Below, piece by piece: positions 38,926 through 52,846 of a stretch of DNA of 57,420 bases. Positions within the stretch are counted from its first letter, which is position 1; every line of letters begins with the position of its first letter. Under the pieces are notes generated by a model. That model saw only the letters and a list, made by a program, of their open reading frames with translations, searched no databases and was not told the origin of the DNA. The DNA comes from Octopus sinensis. Taxonomy: Eukaryota. The translations under genes were made by a program, and so were the position numbers. The stretch is from the NCBI RefSeq assembly GCF_006345805.1, contig NW_021835245.1:1-57420 (forward strand). The letters run 5' to 3'.

Positions 38926-39119
38926 TATAAATATATATCATTATTATTATTATATTATTGAACGCCACGCATCCATCTCCAAGTAAGTTTATCTGTATAT
39001 ATATACATAACACTAATATATATATATATATATACATACATATACTAATATATATGTATTATATGTATGTATATTATATATATATATATATAATTATATA
39101 TATATATATTATATTATAT

Positions 39120-39150
<31 letters not shown>

Positions 39151-39989
39151 ATATATATATACTGATTTATCATAAGCACAATCCCATAGCCTCAATCATT
39201 TCTCTTTTCACGTACTATATGTTACATTATAACATTATTTTTCAGTTCTCGCCCTCTTTCCATGCTCGGTTGCTCATTCGCTATATTGTGCAATTGATGT
39301 ACTGTAGAGTATGTAGAGACTCTGCTTTTGCTCCACTTCCAATTCTAGCGTCGCAGAAATGTTTCTCAATTAAAGAAGCGATCGCTATTTATTTTTGATT
39401 GGGGATGCCTACCTTCGCTTCTTGTGACACTTTCGTTATTCTCTGATGTTTGGTTGTAACAATACGAACACCATTTTTACATATTTTGCATGGAATTTTA
39501 TTTAAAGGATAATTTCATTTTATCCACAAAACCACAGGCGTTGTGTGGCCCGCCCTTGAATTTCTGGTTCGTACCGTAATAAAACATTACAAAAACAGTC
39601 ACAACTTCTCTAAAAGTTTCGGATAATTACACAGGACCCGATATTTGGGAGAATTAAATCGATCTAAGTACTCAACTAGTGTGTATTTTGTCGACCCAGA
39701 AAAAATGAAATGCAATGACAACATCGACAGATGAAATGCCGTTTGTCCGGCGTGCTTAATGGTGCTGCTGACTTACCGGCTACTACAGCAATAATGATAA
39801 TAAAATAAAAAAAATACAAAAATAAAAATAATAATAATAATATAATAATATATAATAATAATATAATAATAATAATAATATATAATAATAATAATAATAA
39901 TATAATAATAATAATAATAATAAATAATAAACGAATACAAAATACAAAAAAAAATCGCCACGATAGGGTAGGACAGTATATACATTGGA

Positions 39990-40590
39990 AGATATGTAAA
40001 CACTACAATTCGGCACTCCTGCTAACTGGTATGAACACCATCCTCAGCCAGTTGTTGAAGGTAAAGATTTCACCACCCTCTGGGATTTTCCAGTCAACAC
40101 TGACAGAACGATCAAGGCTAATCGACCAACATAATTGTTAAAGACAGGGAAGAAAATACCTGCAGACTAATAGAGGTAAGCGTCCCCACTGATAAAAATG
40201 TATCTGTAAAGGATTTGACAAACTTAGTAAATATAAGGACCTGGAAATCGAAATACAAAAGATGTGGAATCTTAAAACAAAAAACTGTTCCTGTTATTGT
40301 AGGTGCCCTAGGTATGATAAAAAAGGGATGTCAGAAACACCTAGACAATATCCTGGAGAACCATGTCTCAAGGAAATCCAAAAGATTGTACTAACAAGTA
40401 CGCCCACATCCTTAGAAAAACCCCTATCAATGTAATGTTTGTGTTTGTATTACATGGAGATATTCTCTACTTCCCTCTCCCCAAGCTTTCAGCGATATTT
40501 CAACAACTCTTAACCTTCACTTGCCCTAGGGCGCGGGGTGTGTCCCGGGCAATGTGATTGTATCAAAATGCAGATTAAAAGTAAATGACA
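39990..40590 (+). mobile_element. R4/Dong-clade LINE 3' end (RLE endonuclease), 3'UTR, then (AAT)n
   Basis: With small frameshifts: NWYEHHPQPVVEGKDFTTLWDFPVNTDRTIKANRP.IIVKDREENTCRLIEVSVPTDKNVSVK.FDKLSKYKDLEIEIQKMWNL..VPVIVGALG..ILRK.LSM*. AAT tracts flank both sides (about 39790-39930 and 40590-40830). Confidence 0.9.
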
Positions 40591-40608
40591 ATAATAATAA
40601 TAATAATA

Positions 40609-40650
<42 letters not shown>

Positions 40651-40753
40651 TAATGATGATGATGATGATGATGACTTCATTTATTTGCCATAAGGGCGAA
40701 GGATGAGGGGGACAATACAAAAACTAATAATAAAAATAATAATAATACAAAAC

Positions 40754-40828
<75 letters not shown>

Positions 40829-40829
40829 A

Positions 40830-41045
40830 TCCTTTCTGCTATAGACACAAGGCATGAAATTTGGGGGAGGGGAATAATCGATTACAACGACCCCAATACT
40901 CAGCTGGTACTTATTTTATCGACATTGAAAGGATGAAAGGCAAAGTCGACCTCAGCGCAATGTGACCTCAGAATGTGAAGACGGACGTAATGCCGCTAAC
41001 TATAATCCGGCATGCTGACGATTCTGACAGCTCACCCGCCCGATG
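40830..41045 (-). mobile_element. SINE family A copy
   Basis: gacattgaaaggatgaaaggcaaagtcgacctc...gacagctcacccgcc. Confidence 0.75.
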
Positions 41046-41087
<42 letters not shown>

Positions 41088-41142
41088 ATGATGATAATGA
41101 TGATGATGATAATGATGATGATGATAATGATAATAACAATAC

Positions 41143-41430
41143 GGGCTACAGCAAATATTCTGCTGAATACCACGGATTTGCTTGTCAGCTGTTTGACCGT
41201 AACTAGTTCAGCATGTCCCTTAGTGGCTTCTGATCACGAGCAGAAGTAGTGGGAGAGCATCATAACCATGTGTTGAGAGGAATTCTTTGGAGTTTGGATA
41301 ATTTACCTCTGGAAACATGGGTGTTTTGTTCAACATCCTTAGACAACCCTTACTCAGGGAACTTTTGAGCAGGATGGGCTACTCGATCAGGAGAAAATTC
41401 TAACTGGGTCCCACCTGCATTGGTCATGCG
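41143..41430 (+). mobile_element. Partial copy of the ~560-bp element, opposite orientation to copies 1-3
   Basis: gggctacagcaaatattctgctgaataccacggatttgcttgtcag...ctgggtcccacctgc. Confidence 0.8.
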
Positions 41431-42165
41431 CTATTAATCTAGTTTTCTAATTTAGACCCGGAGTGAGGTTTGGTGATAATGTCTACCTGACTGGTATTTT
41501 ATTTCGTCAATATCATGAGATTAAAAGATAAAGTTGATCTTTGCGCAAAAAAAAAAAAAATCTCAAAATTATTCTTCTAGTGAGCTCTCTATTCTGCCAA
41601 GCTATCAAACCAGCGTTGGATTCTCACTCGGAACCAAAAATAAGTATCGGCTAATATAGACAGTTAACCGTACCTTAAAAAAAACCCACACACACATACA
41701 TACATACATACATACATAAAATTATAAATGAGTAGCAAAGACGCATAAGTGTCAATTCATTACAGCGTTTGGAGCGACTCCTTTAAGTGAGTCAATGAAA
41801 GCATTGCTTCAATAAAAAGAAAGCCGTTCTCATCAGATGACTGCATAGATCTCAAGCATAAAGAAGGACAAGTTAGATATTTAAACATATTCATGTCATC
41901 AACAGAGAGCAAATATTTACAATTATTTCGCTGCTAAGCTTTTTGGCATAAGGTACATCAATTAAAATAACTAATTCAACTGGATCTACACACACACATA
42001 CATACATGCATACATACCACACACACACACACCCAACACACACCACCACACACAATATATATATATATATTATATATATATATATTATATCAATGCCTGT
42101 GCGTAAGACGTAAACGGAATCTGTCCTCTGTGTGTATATATATACATATATACATACATATATAT

Positions 42166-42208
<43 letters not shown>

Positions 42209-42272
42209 GTATATATATATGTATATATATGTATATATATATATGTATATATATATATATACATATATATAT

Positions 42273-42317
<45 letters not shown>

Positions 42318-42619
42318 TACATTATGTATATGTGTGTACACACAATTAGATAGAGCCTACTCCAGTAAGCGCTATTCGGTGAATATCATTTACTCCGTCT
42401 GGCCTAGCACCTATGTCCCTCATTAGATTACCTCCCCTTTCCTCACGCCTGCTCCTTCAAGGTGCATTAGGTATGCATGACTATGTCGAACGAACATTTG
42501 TTGTTTCGTGGATTTCAGCCATAAATCCGAGACCGGGGCGTGACCTCAACACGACTCGAACTTCGCACTTAGCTTAACACAACTAGCACACGACTACAAG
42601 CTGCAACACAATACTTCGA

Positions 42620-43050
42620 CGCCGTCACCACCACCACCACCATCACCACCACCACGAAGACGACGACGACGACCACCACCACCACCACCACCACTACTAC
42701 TACCACCACCACCACCACCACCATCACCACCACCATCACCACCACCACGACCACCACCAATACTACCACCATCGTCACCACCACCACCACCATCACGACC
42801 TCGACCACCACGACCACGACCACGACCACCACCATCACCAACACCATCACCACCACGACCACGACGACCACCACCACCACCATCATCACCACCACCACTA
42901 CCACCACCGCCACCGCCACCACTATAACCGCCACCGCCATAACCACCACCACCACTACCAATACTACCACCACCACCACTACCACCACCACCACCACCAT
43001 TATCACCGCCGTCGCTGCCGATGCCGCCGTGCACAATAATGATAATAATC
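42620..43050. repeat. (ACC)n-type tract
   Basis: Direct reading. Confidence 0.9.
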
Positions 43051-43514
43051 ACGGTCGGAATGATGAAGAATGAGTGAAACAGCCAAAGTAATTTGGCCCT
43101 AAAATATTCGATATTTGCCAAAGACACAAGAACACAATCAAATCCATCACGCAATGCCTTTGTTGGAAATATTTGTATTGTAAACATTTACATACGGGCC
43201 ATTACGATGGCGGTGATTTGTGCCAATTGTGCGCAATAATAAAACACGATACGAAACAACGCGTGAGCAGTTGTTTGCCAATTGTATCATAATGGCGGTG
43301 GTGGTGGTGGTGGTGGTGGTGGCGGCAGTGGGAGGTCGAACGGGAAAAACGTGTAGGGATGAGATGGGCCGGCGGTGTCCGGTGAAGAGGAGGAGAAGGA
43401 GGAGGAGGTGTCTGTGTGTGTGTGTGTGTGAATGTCTGTGTATGCGTGTGGATATGTGTGGCTGTATGTTTGTGGAGATACGTGTGCGAGTGTGTACGTA
43501 TTACATAGTGGTCG

Positions 43515-43551
<37 letters not shown>

Positions 43552-43573
43552 AATCATCATCATCATCATCATT

Positions 43574-43625
<52 letters not shown>

Positions 43626-44039
43626 CCGTTTCGTCATTGTCATCATCGTCATCATCAATAATCGAAGTACGGCGAGAGGAAAATTGGTTTAACGATTTGT
43701 GACATTTCAACACGAAAAGCTATTGTTATTGTTGTTGTTCAGTTTTATATCAAGATTTCTTGCCAAAAGAGAGAAAGAGCCGGTTTCTAACCCAGACCCA
43801 AGGTTCCTTTACTGAAATTCCTACAGCATCATCTGGGTATCTGTGGATGTTTGTGTGTATATGTGCAGTATGTAAGTGTGTATGTATGTGTGACCTAGAG
43901 TCAATGCATGAGCAGATTTGTACGTTTAGTTTCTCATACATATATCTGCATACGTAGACATGCACATATATACGTAAATGCTAAACTTTTGGTAAGTTTT
44001 ACAGCTTTTTACAGTTCCGTTGATGACTTGAATCTTTAA

Positions 44040-44160
44040 TCACCGAATTTGCTTTCTCCTTGCTGGTTTTAAGAAACATAATTTCTCAAGATTGGTACTT
44101 AAGCAGTTTGTTACATATCCCAGTGCCCCTATAATTACAGGTATAAACCTGAACATGTAT
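44040..44160 (-). mobile_element. Small R4/Dong-like RLE C-terminal fragment
   Basis: IPVIIGALGYVTNCLSTNLEKL matches the VPVIVGALG motif seen at about 40290. Confidence 0.6.
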
Positions 44161-44239
44161 GTATGTATATATGTTGGTGCATAAAGAAAACAAAAAACCC
44201 AAAGTATGAGTATAAATCTTAATATATGTACAAACATGA

Positions 44240-44523
44240 TGGTCTCGCCCATCGAAGGCGACGCATGAGCGCCGAATGACCTGTACAAGTGATTTGTTCA
44301 TAATGATCACAACTATGTGCCGCACATTAGCTCACGCTCTCCATCAAATCGACGTTGTGTGAACAGGTGCACTGTGTGCCACGCGCCACGAATCGAAGTG
44401 ATCGCAGAGCAACGTGAGATGAGGTGCTTTGCTCAAGAATAGAACACACCACCCGGTCTAGGAATTGAACCCACGATCTCGCGATCGTGAGTGCCGCATC
44501 CTAACCACTAGGCCATGCGCCCT
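44240..44523 (-). mobile_element. tRNA-derived SINE with a well-preserved Pol III head
   Basis: Minus strand gggcgcatggcctagtggttaggatgcggcactcacgatcgcgagatcgtgggttcaattcc (A box TGGCCTAGTGG, B box GGTTCAATTCC), followed by a CORE-like cttgagcaa body. Confidence 0.75.
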
Positions 44524-45237
44524 AACACACACACACACAACACACACACACACACACACATACATATGGCTAGATAAATCTGTGTATACATGTGTTTATG
44601 TATTTGTGTATGTAAGTGTGTAAGTGTGTATGTATGCATATGTGAATACGTATTTATGTATATAAGTATGTATCTGTGTATGTAGTGGTTTATGGATAAG
44701 AATAATTGTTTGGCGCCTCACATGAATTAACCATAATTTCACGTCTCATAGCAAGGGCACCTCATCAATTAAAAATGGAAGTACCACGGGGTAGATAACT
44801 TCTTAGAAATAGTAGCGAAATTACCTCCTATCACATCTTACAGTGTTTTTTAAAAAAAAAGGAAAGTCACACACGATAATATAGACTTAGACATGCAAAA
44901 CAACAAAAACAATAACAAAACAAAAACAATGTCATCTGTTAATAGTTCTGCGTCAAGCAATAGGAGCGATGACAAAAGTGTTCTAACCTTTATTAGAGCA
45001 GTTTAATGGCGCTAGGGCAACACTAAGATTGCCTAACCTACTTGAACACAGGTGTATTGGGGCGAGACAACAATAGGCGCCGCAGGCTCACACACGCACA
45101 CAAACGCATCTGTAGAGGCTTGTACATATATGTATATGTACACACATACACGTGTATATATATGTATACATACACACACACACACACACACATATATATA
45201 TGAAATACGTATTTCTCTCTATGTACCACACATACAT

Positions 45238-45268
<31 letters not shown>

Positions 45269-45269
45269 G

Positions 45270-45343
<74 letters not shown>

Positions 45344-45989
45344 TAAACATGTATACTTAACTAATAATAGGGATTTAAAACATCCGACAGATCTTACAAT
45401 GATCTCATCGCCAAGTGCATGAGTAAGTAACAAGATCGACCATGATTAAGTTCAGGATAAGTTTTAGCGGTGTTCTGAAAATTCAGAAAATTACAACGGT
45501 GGAGAGAATGCATATAAACAGAACAGTTAAGAGCATTGAGGTGAGAGAATAAGTATTTATCCTATTCGTTTAGGGGTGTTTCATAAGCTTGTTAGATACA
45601 AATAAGATATTTGCATCAACATTCTTACATCTATATTTACATGTATATTTTATACACATGGAAATGTTGATGTAGTATCTGGAAACGAAGGAAGTAAAGG
45701 TTGCTTCTCTCACTTTACTTTAATGATTTGTTCTATTCCTATAGATGTATACATACATACACACACACATATTTAAACAAATAAAAGAATACACATGTTT
45801 GTGTGTGTATGTGTTTAACTGTTATTTAAGAAGTGTCTGGACGTAGGAGATTTACCGATATAAAGGTACAGGTGGCATTTAAAATATAATGGTAGGCAAC
45901 TGTTGTAAGTGATTCATCAGTATTTTGTCATATATAAATAACTCATCTCTAAATTGATTGATAAGCCGGTTCTTCCAATATATAGCTAA

Positions 45990-47190
45990 CGCAGAACTGT
46001 TCACTTAAAGGAACCAAATGCGTTTTTTGGAAACCTAAGTAAAGGCAATATTGACATCGTAAGCAATTCTGGCAGGAGCGTAGTGTGGCATTGTTTTGGA
46101 TGAAATAGGTGTTATAACGGAAGCGGGAATTAGACAAACGGTGGGAATGTATTAAGGGGTCAATGAATTGTCGGGTAGAAGATCGTCAGGATTGCTGCGG
46201 CGTCTATAGCGATAGAAAAGATTTAGGAAGTAGTAAGGTAGGAGTGGAAGAAACGGAATTTTCGCAAGAAGGTAGTAGGCTGACAGGTTATCTGAAGGTA
46301 GGGTTTCGTGCAAGGTGAGCGCCAGTCGTAATCAACAAAGTAGCTTAGTTTTGCTTTGTTTAGTATATTTGTTGTAAAACCAGGCTCACAGCTTTGTACA
46401 AAGCAAGGACCTCTCAGTGTCGGTCCGAAACTGCAAGGCGTTCAAGAATGGAGTGAAGAGGTTTGAAATAGAGGCTCTACGATGATCAGAACGCTTAGAT
46501 TAAAAGAAAGAGGAGACAATAGGGGGAAAAGCAACCACGTGTTATGGTGTGATAGCTGTAGGGACCATTTAAAGGAGTTTATATCAGTGATAATTTACTG
46601 ATATATTGCCCCATACCTAACGGGTCCTTCGAGGTTTGGCGTGTGAAAAGAAGTCGAACAATTGGCAGCTGAGTCGATGGATGTAAACGACTACTGAACA
46701 GAGAATAGACAGCGAGGGTTAGAAGAGAGAAGGAAAAGGTACCAGTAGATGACCCAGCCCAATGCAGAGGAAAAAGAGCTGCAGATAGAGGGGAGGCGGA
46801 TAGTGACACGCATGAGTAAACATTAAGTGCTGACAAGATAGGGCTTAGTGGAAGAGGAAATGTAATGTGTGGCGACAAAACTGAGAGGCAAAGTAAGATT
46901 TTAAGGAAGGTAAGTGGGTAAAATAATATAATGAGATTAATGTATGGTGCTTGGTAAAGCTAAGGGAGAGTTTAAAAGAATAGCAAACATGTTGCGTTGG
47001 GTATTAGGAAGAAAGAAGGGTTTATAATCATGTAATGTAAATCGCAGAAATGGAATGTTAGGTTCGGTACAAGATACAGTGTCCCAGAATGTTTTGTGTC
47101 ATATGAGTTTCGGGCTGTGAAGTAAATAAAAAAAAAAAAGAATTTATGAGAGAACAGTAGCAACGAATTAAAGTATAAAGCTGTGGGAGG
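45990..47190 (-). mobile_element. Decayed CR1/Jockey-group LINE RT 3' region
   Basis: Fragments FLIPNATCLLFF, EVLALYKAV, LFYRY and NTYFIQNNATL resemble the 'VLSPTLFLLFIND', 'LL.LYKAQ.RP', 'LFYRY' and 'NSFF..T..LWN' motifs; many stops. Confidence 0.55.
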
Positions 47191-47232
47191 CACAACAGAA
47201 TATTGACGTTTCAGAGGATTTGTACTTTATCA

Positions 47233-47315
<83 letters not shown>

Positions 47316-48448
47316 TATATTATATTATATAATATATATATATAAGGAGATAGGCTGTTATTTCTTGCAGATCAAGAGACAGTGTAGCAAACATTCGTGC
47401 TTCGATCGATTCTATTGCTGTTGTTGTTGTTGTTGTTGGCCGTGGTAGCGATGGTGGTAGGGGTGGTAATAGTGGTGGTGCTTTTAATGACAGTACTGGT
47501 AATGGTAGTGGTGGTAGGGATGGTCGTGAGGGCAGATGGTAGTGGCGGTAGTGGTGATGGTTATAGTTAGGGTGGTAGTGAAGGTTGTGTTGATGATGAT
47601 TATTGAAGTCAGTGTGGTGGTGGTGGTGGTGGTGGTGACGGTGGTAAGTGAGGGTGGTGATTGTGAAGGGTGCGGCTGCGATGATATTTTAATAATTGGG
47701 GGATGGTGATGTTGCTTTGCTGCTGCTACCGGTGGTGATGATGATGATGATGATGATGATGATGACGACGATGATGATGATGACGACGACGATGATGATG
47801 ATGATGACGACGACGATGATGATGATGATTGAGAAGTAAACAATGAATAAAATAGTGACCTCATCACATCACAAATGATGTTAATTATAAATAGGATTGT
47901 GGGAAATGTTGAAGGATGGTTTTGACATGAGCTCACAGTGGCACACACCGATACACACATACACACACACACCTCTATACATACACACACACACACACTT
48001 CCATGTACGTGCGTGTATACATAAGACGAAACACATACACACAATGACACACACATACATCTCCTTACATACAAACTGACAGGCAATGACACACGCACAC
48101 GCACACACACACATACACATACTCTTTGGCGTATACATATTCACATATTCAAACGCATACATGAAACTCTGGAGACATCGCACACACATGCATTTCGATA
48201 TACAGACACTTTAATCACAAACACAAACGTATTTGAAACCCCCAATCTCATACAGAAAGACGGAGATTTATACATTTGTACATATATTTATATGTCACAC
48301 ACACACATATATATATACATGCAAAATCACTGAGACACACGCACATATATACACACTAATTTTATTGAGCTACACAAAAAGACAAACATCAACAAGTCAA
48401 AGAACGAATGCACATCCGCACGGGTGTATATATATATATATTATATAT

Positions 48449-48480
<32 letters not shown>

Positions 48481-48485
48481 GATAC

Positions 48486-48972
48486 ACTCACACATACAAA
48501 TACACACGCACATTCCGACACAAATACGGCCATGCAACGCATTTAATAAACACACCAAAAATATCATTGTACACCCCTATCATCAGAATGCAATATACAT
48601 TCACACACACACACACAAACACACACATACACACACACACACTCACACACACATGTATGCATGCATACAAATACACCCGGTCTCTCACACACACATATGT
48701 GTATGTATATATGTATACATAAACAAGCGTACAAGCATTTATCTTTATACAACATTCAATATATGTGTGTGTATGTGTGTATGTGTGTGTGTGTCTTACA
48801 CAGTCATATAGCTAGAAAAGCATAATTCAGCTAACACGCGCGCGCGCGCACACGCACGCACACACACACACACACATATATATATCCATACATACATACA
48901 TACACATTTACGAACGCACAGACATGCATATACACACATATGCATATTTGTATCAGCATACAGCATACACGA

Positions 48973-49023
<51 letters not shown>

Positions 49024-49695
49024 CACATATATATGCAAATACGCCTACATACACATACACACACACACACACACGCATAAATACTCAAACATACATGTAT
49101 ACACTCACGTATCAAATGGAATTTAATAATGAAATAGAATGAAACGAAATCATTTTAAAATTTAAGAAACGCAAAAGGAAAAAAAAAAAGATGTAAATAG
49201 AATACAAAATAACAAATAAGATAAACAAAATAAACAAACAAAAAATACTAAATAAAATAAAGAGAGAAGCACAGAAGAAAAGGGTAAATATTAACTTATG
49301 AAGGAATAATTGTGATGAATTGTCGTGACAAATGATGATGGCAATGATGATGATAATAATAATGATGATGATGATGAGGAGGAGGATGGCGATTATGATG
49401 ATGAAATTGGCAGTCATAACTCTCATAATAGACAGAGACAATGGTTTTACTCTTTTACTCTTGCACTTGTCTCAGTCATTTGACGGCAGCCATGCTGGAG
49501 CACCGCCTTTTAATCGAGCAAGTCGACCCCCAGGACTTATTCTTTGTAAGCCTAGTACTTATTCTATCGGTCTCTTTTTTACCGAACCGGTAAGTTACGG
49601 GACCCTAGAGACACCAGCATCGGTTGTCAAGCGATGTTGGGGAGGACAAGAACAAACACACAAACATACAACACACACACACATAAATATATATG

Positions 49696-49761
<66 letters not shown>

Positions 49762-50329
49762 GTTATGTATACTCACACATACAAATACACACGCACATTC
49801 CGACACAAATACGGCCATGCAACGCATTTAATAACACACCAAAAATATCATTGTACACCCCTATCATCAGAATGCAATATACATTCCACACAACACACAC
49901 AAACACACACATACACACACACACACTCACACACACATGTATGCATGCATACAAATACACCCGGTCTCTCACCTCTCACACATATGTGTATGTATATATG
50001 TATACATAACCAAGCGTACAAGCATTTATCTTTATACAACATTCAATATATGTGTGTGTATGTGTGTATGGTGTGTGTGTCTACACAGTCATATAGCTAG
50101 AAAAGCATAATTCAGCTAACACGCGCGCGCGCGCACACGCACGCACACACACACACACACATATATATATCCATACATACATACATACACATTTACGAAC
50201 GCACAGACATGCATATACACACATATGCATATTTGTATCAGCATACAGCATACACAACACACCACACACACAAACACACACACACACACACAACACACCA
50301 CACACACACATATATATGCAAATACGCCT

Positions 50330-50361
<32 letters not shown>

Positions 50362-50951
50362 GCATAAATACTCAAACATACATGTATACACTCACGTATC
50401 AAATGGAATTTAATAATGAAATAATGAAACGAAATCATTTTAAAATTTAAGAAACGCAAAAGAAAAAAAAAAATGTAATAGAATATAAAATAACAAATAA
50501 GATAAACAACAATAAACAACAAAAAATACTAAATAAAATAAAGAGAAGAGCACAGAAGAAAAGGGTAAATATTAACTTATGAAGGAATAATTGTGATGAA
50601 TTGTCGTGACAAATGATGATGGCAATGATGATGATGATAATAATAATGATGATGATGATGAGGAGGAGGAATGGCGATTATGATGATGAAATTGCAGTCA
50701 TAACTCTCATAATAGACAGAGACAATGGTTTTACTCTTTTACTCTTGCACTTGTCTCAGTCATTTGACGGCAGCCATGCTGGAGCACCGCCTTTTAATCG
50801 AGCAAGTCGACCCCCAGGACTTATTCTTTGTAAGCCTAGTACTTATTCTATCGGTCTCTTTTTTACCGAACCGGTAAGTTACGGGACCCTAGAGACACCA
50901 GCATCGGTTGTCAAGCGATTGTTGGGGAGGACAAGAACAAACACACAAACA
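48486..50951. repeat. ~1285-bp tandem duplication (48486-49666 and 49771-50951), each copy ending in a SINE family B tail
   Basis: Same unique and microsatellite succession in both copies; differences are mostly 1-3 nt indels. Confidence 0.9.
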
Positions 50952-51006
50952 GAAACACACACACCATAAATATATATGTAATATATATATTATATATATA
51001 TATAAG

Positions 51007-51040
<34 letters not shown>

Positions 51041-51184
51041 GTAATCCAAACAAGAAAGCACAAAAACACAACGCGAGGACTGGAACAAATATAGTATTAT
51101 TGGACGCTCAGGAAAGAAGGAAAGAAGGAGGGTTTAACGTTTCGAGCGGAGATATGTATGTGTGTATGTATGTATGTATGTATA

Positions 51185-51347
51185 CATATATACGACAGGC
51201 TTCTTTCAGTTTCCGTCTACCATAACCACTCACAAGGATTTGGTCGGCCCGAGGCTATAGTAGAAGACACGTGCCACGTAGTGGGACTGAACCCGGGACC
51301 ATGTGGTTCGTTAGCAAGCTACTTACCACACAGCCACTCCTACGCCT
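51185..51347 (-). mobile_element. SINE family B head half
   Basis: tacgacaggcttctttcagtttccgtctacc...cacagccactcctacgcct. Confidence 0.8.
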
Positions 51348-51769
51348 ATATTGATGATTATGATGATGATGATGTTGATCATCATCATCATCATCATGGT
51401 GGAGATTATGGTGATGATGATAATGACGAAGACGATGATGATGATGATGACAGTGAGGATGACAATGCCAATGATCACAATGGTCATCGTAATGGTGACG
51501 ACGATGGTGGAGATGGGAGTGACGGTGGTGACGATGGTGCGGAACGATGATAATAATAACAACATCGACCACCATGCAGTTGCCGATGGGGATGATGACG
51601 ACAACAACGACGACGATGATGATGGTGGAGGTGGTTGTGGGGTGGGGCGCTGCTGCTGATGATGATGAGGATGATGCCGATGATGAAGATGCTGCTGCTG
51701 TTGCTGCTACTAATGATGCTGATGCTGATGGTGGTGGTGGTGGTGATGCTGCTGCTTCTGCTGATGAAC

Positions 51770-51823
<54 letters not shown>

Positions 51824-51939
51824 TTGATGATGATGATGATGAGAATGCTGGTGATGAAGATACTGCTGCTGCTGCTGATGATGATGATGGTGTTGATGAG
51901 GAGCACAACATAAATACACAACTTGACAAAATGCAAAAA

Positions 51940-52845
51940 AAGGCTCCGAAAGGGTGAAAGGCTCCGAAAGAATGAAAGGCCCCGAAAGGATGAAAGGCAA
52001 AGTCGAAATCAGTGGAATTTGAACTCAGAACATAAAGACGGACGAAATAATAGCTCTAAGCATTTTACCCGGCGTACTAACGATTCTACCAGTTCACCAC
52101 CTTAATATTATTAATAATTAATAACCCTTTCTGCTAAAGGCACAAGGCTTGACGTTCTGGGGGAGGGAACTTGTTGGTAACCTCAACACCCAGTGTTTCT
52201 CTGGAACTTAATTTATCGACTTCGAAAGGATGAAAGGCAAAGTCGGCCTCCATTGAATTTGAACTCACAAAGTATCTAAGGACGAAATACCATTTTCTTT
52301 ATTGCCCACTGGGGGCTAAACATAGAAATGGACAGAGCAACTGATGGGATCAGTAATACGGTATGATTTTACATAAAATGTGACTTTACATAAAATTAAA
52401 TACAATATATAGAAAATCGAATGAAATTAACAATACAGAGGCAACACAAATGAAGCGACAACAAGGCCACACAAGCCCCAATCAATCGCTGGTACGTTTT
52501 TTCTTGTTCTTTTTTTCCCGTCTATTCACACGGTTGTTTGCACGCACAACACTCGTGCAACATGCTTCCATCTCTTTTGGAACGTACACTTCGACAGACA
52601 TCTCTTCTCCAACCACACCTTCCTTTTCAAATGAAATACCTATTTCTTTACTACCCACAAGGGGCTAATCATAAAGGTGACAAACAAGGAAAAAGGGATC
52701 GACCCCAGTGTGTAACTTAATTTATCGACCCCGAAAGGATAAAAGGCAAAGTCGACCTCGGTGAAATTTGAACTCACAACGTAACGGCAGACGAAATAAC
52801 GCTAAGCACTTCGCCCGGCGTGCTAACGATTCTGCCAGTTTACCG
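51940..52845 (-). mobile_element. Cluster of SINE family A copies (about 51940-52105, 52125-52330, 52625-52845)
   Basis: Repeated ccgaaaggatgaaaggcaaagtc..gaatttgaactca cores. Confidence 0.75.
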
Positions 52846-52846
52846 G

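Noticed and set aside
38959-38985. Minus-strand TWRWMR as the Hox1 hexapeptide
   Set aside because: It is followed by a stop four codons after the WM and lies in one arm of the 36-bp inverted repeat.
42594-43187. 197-aa Gly-rich minus-strand ORF as Hox1 exon 1
   Set aside because: The Gly run comes from an (ACC)n tract; there is no hexapeptide and no plausible donor, and it ends in a stop.
44450-44523. Functional tRNA gene
   Set aside because: The A and B boxes are good, but the anticodon and acceptor stems are broken and it continues into a SINE body.
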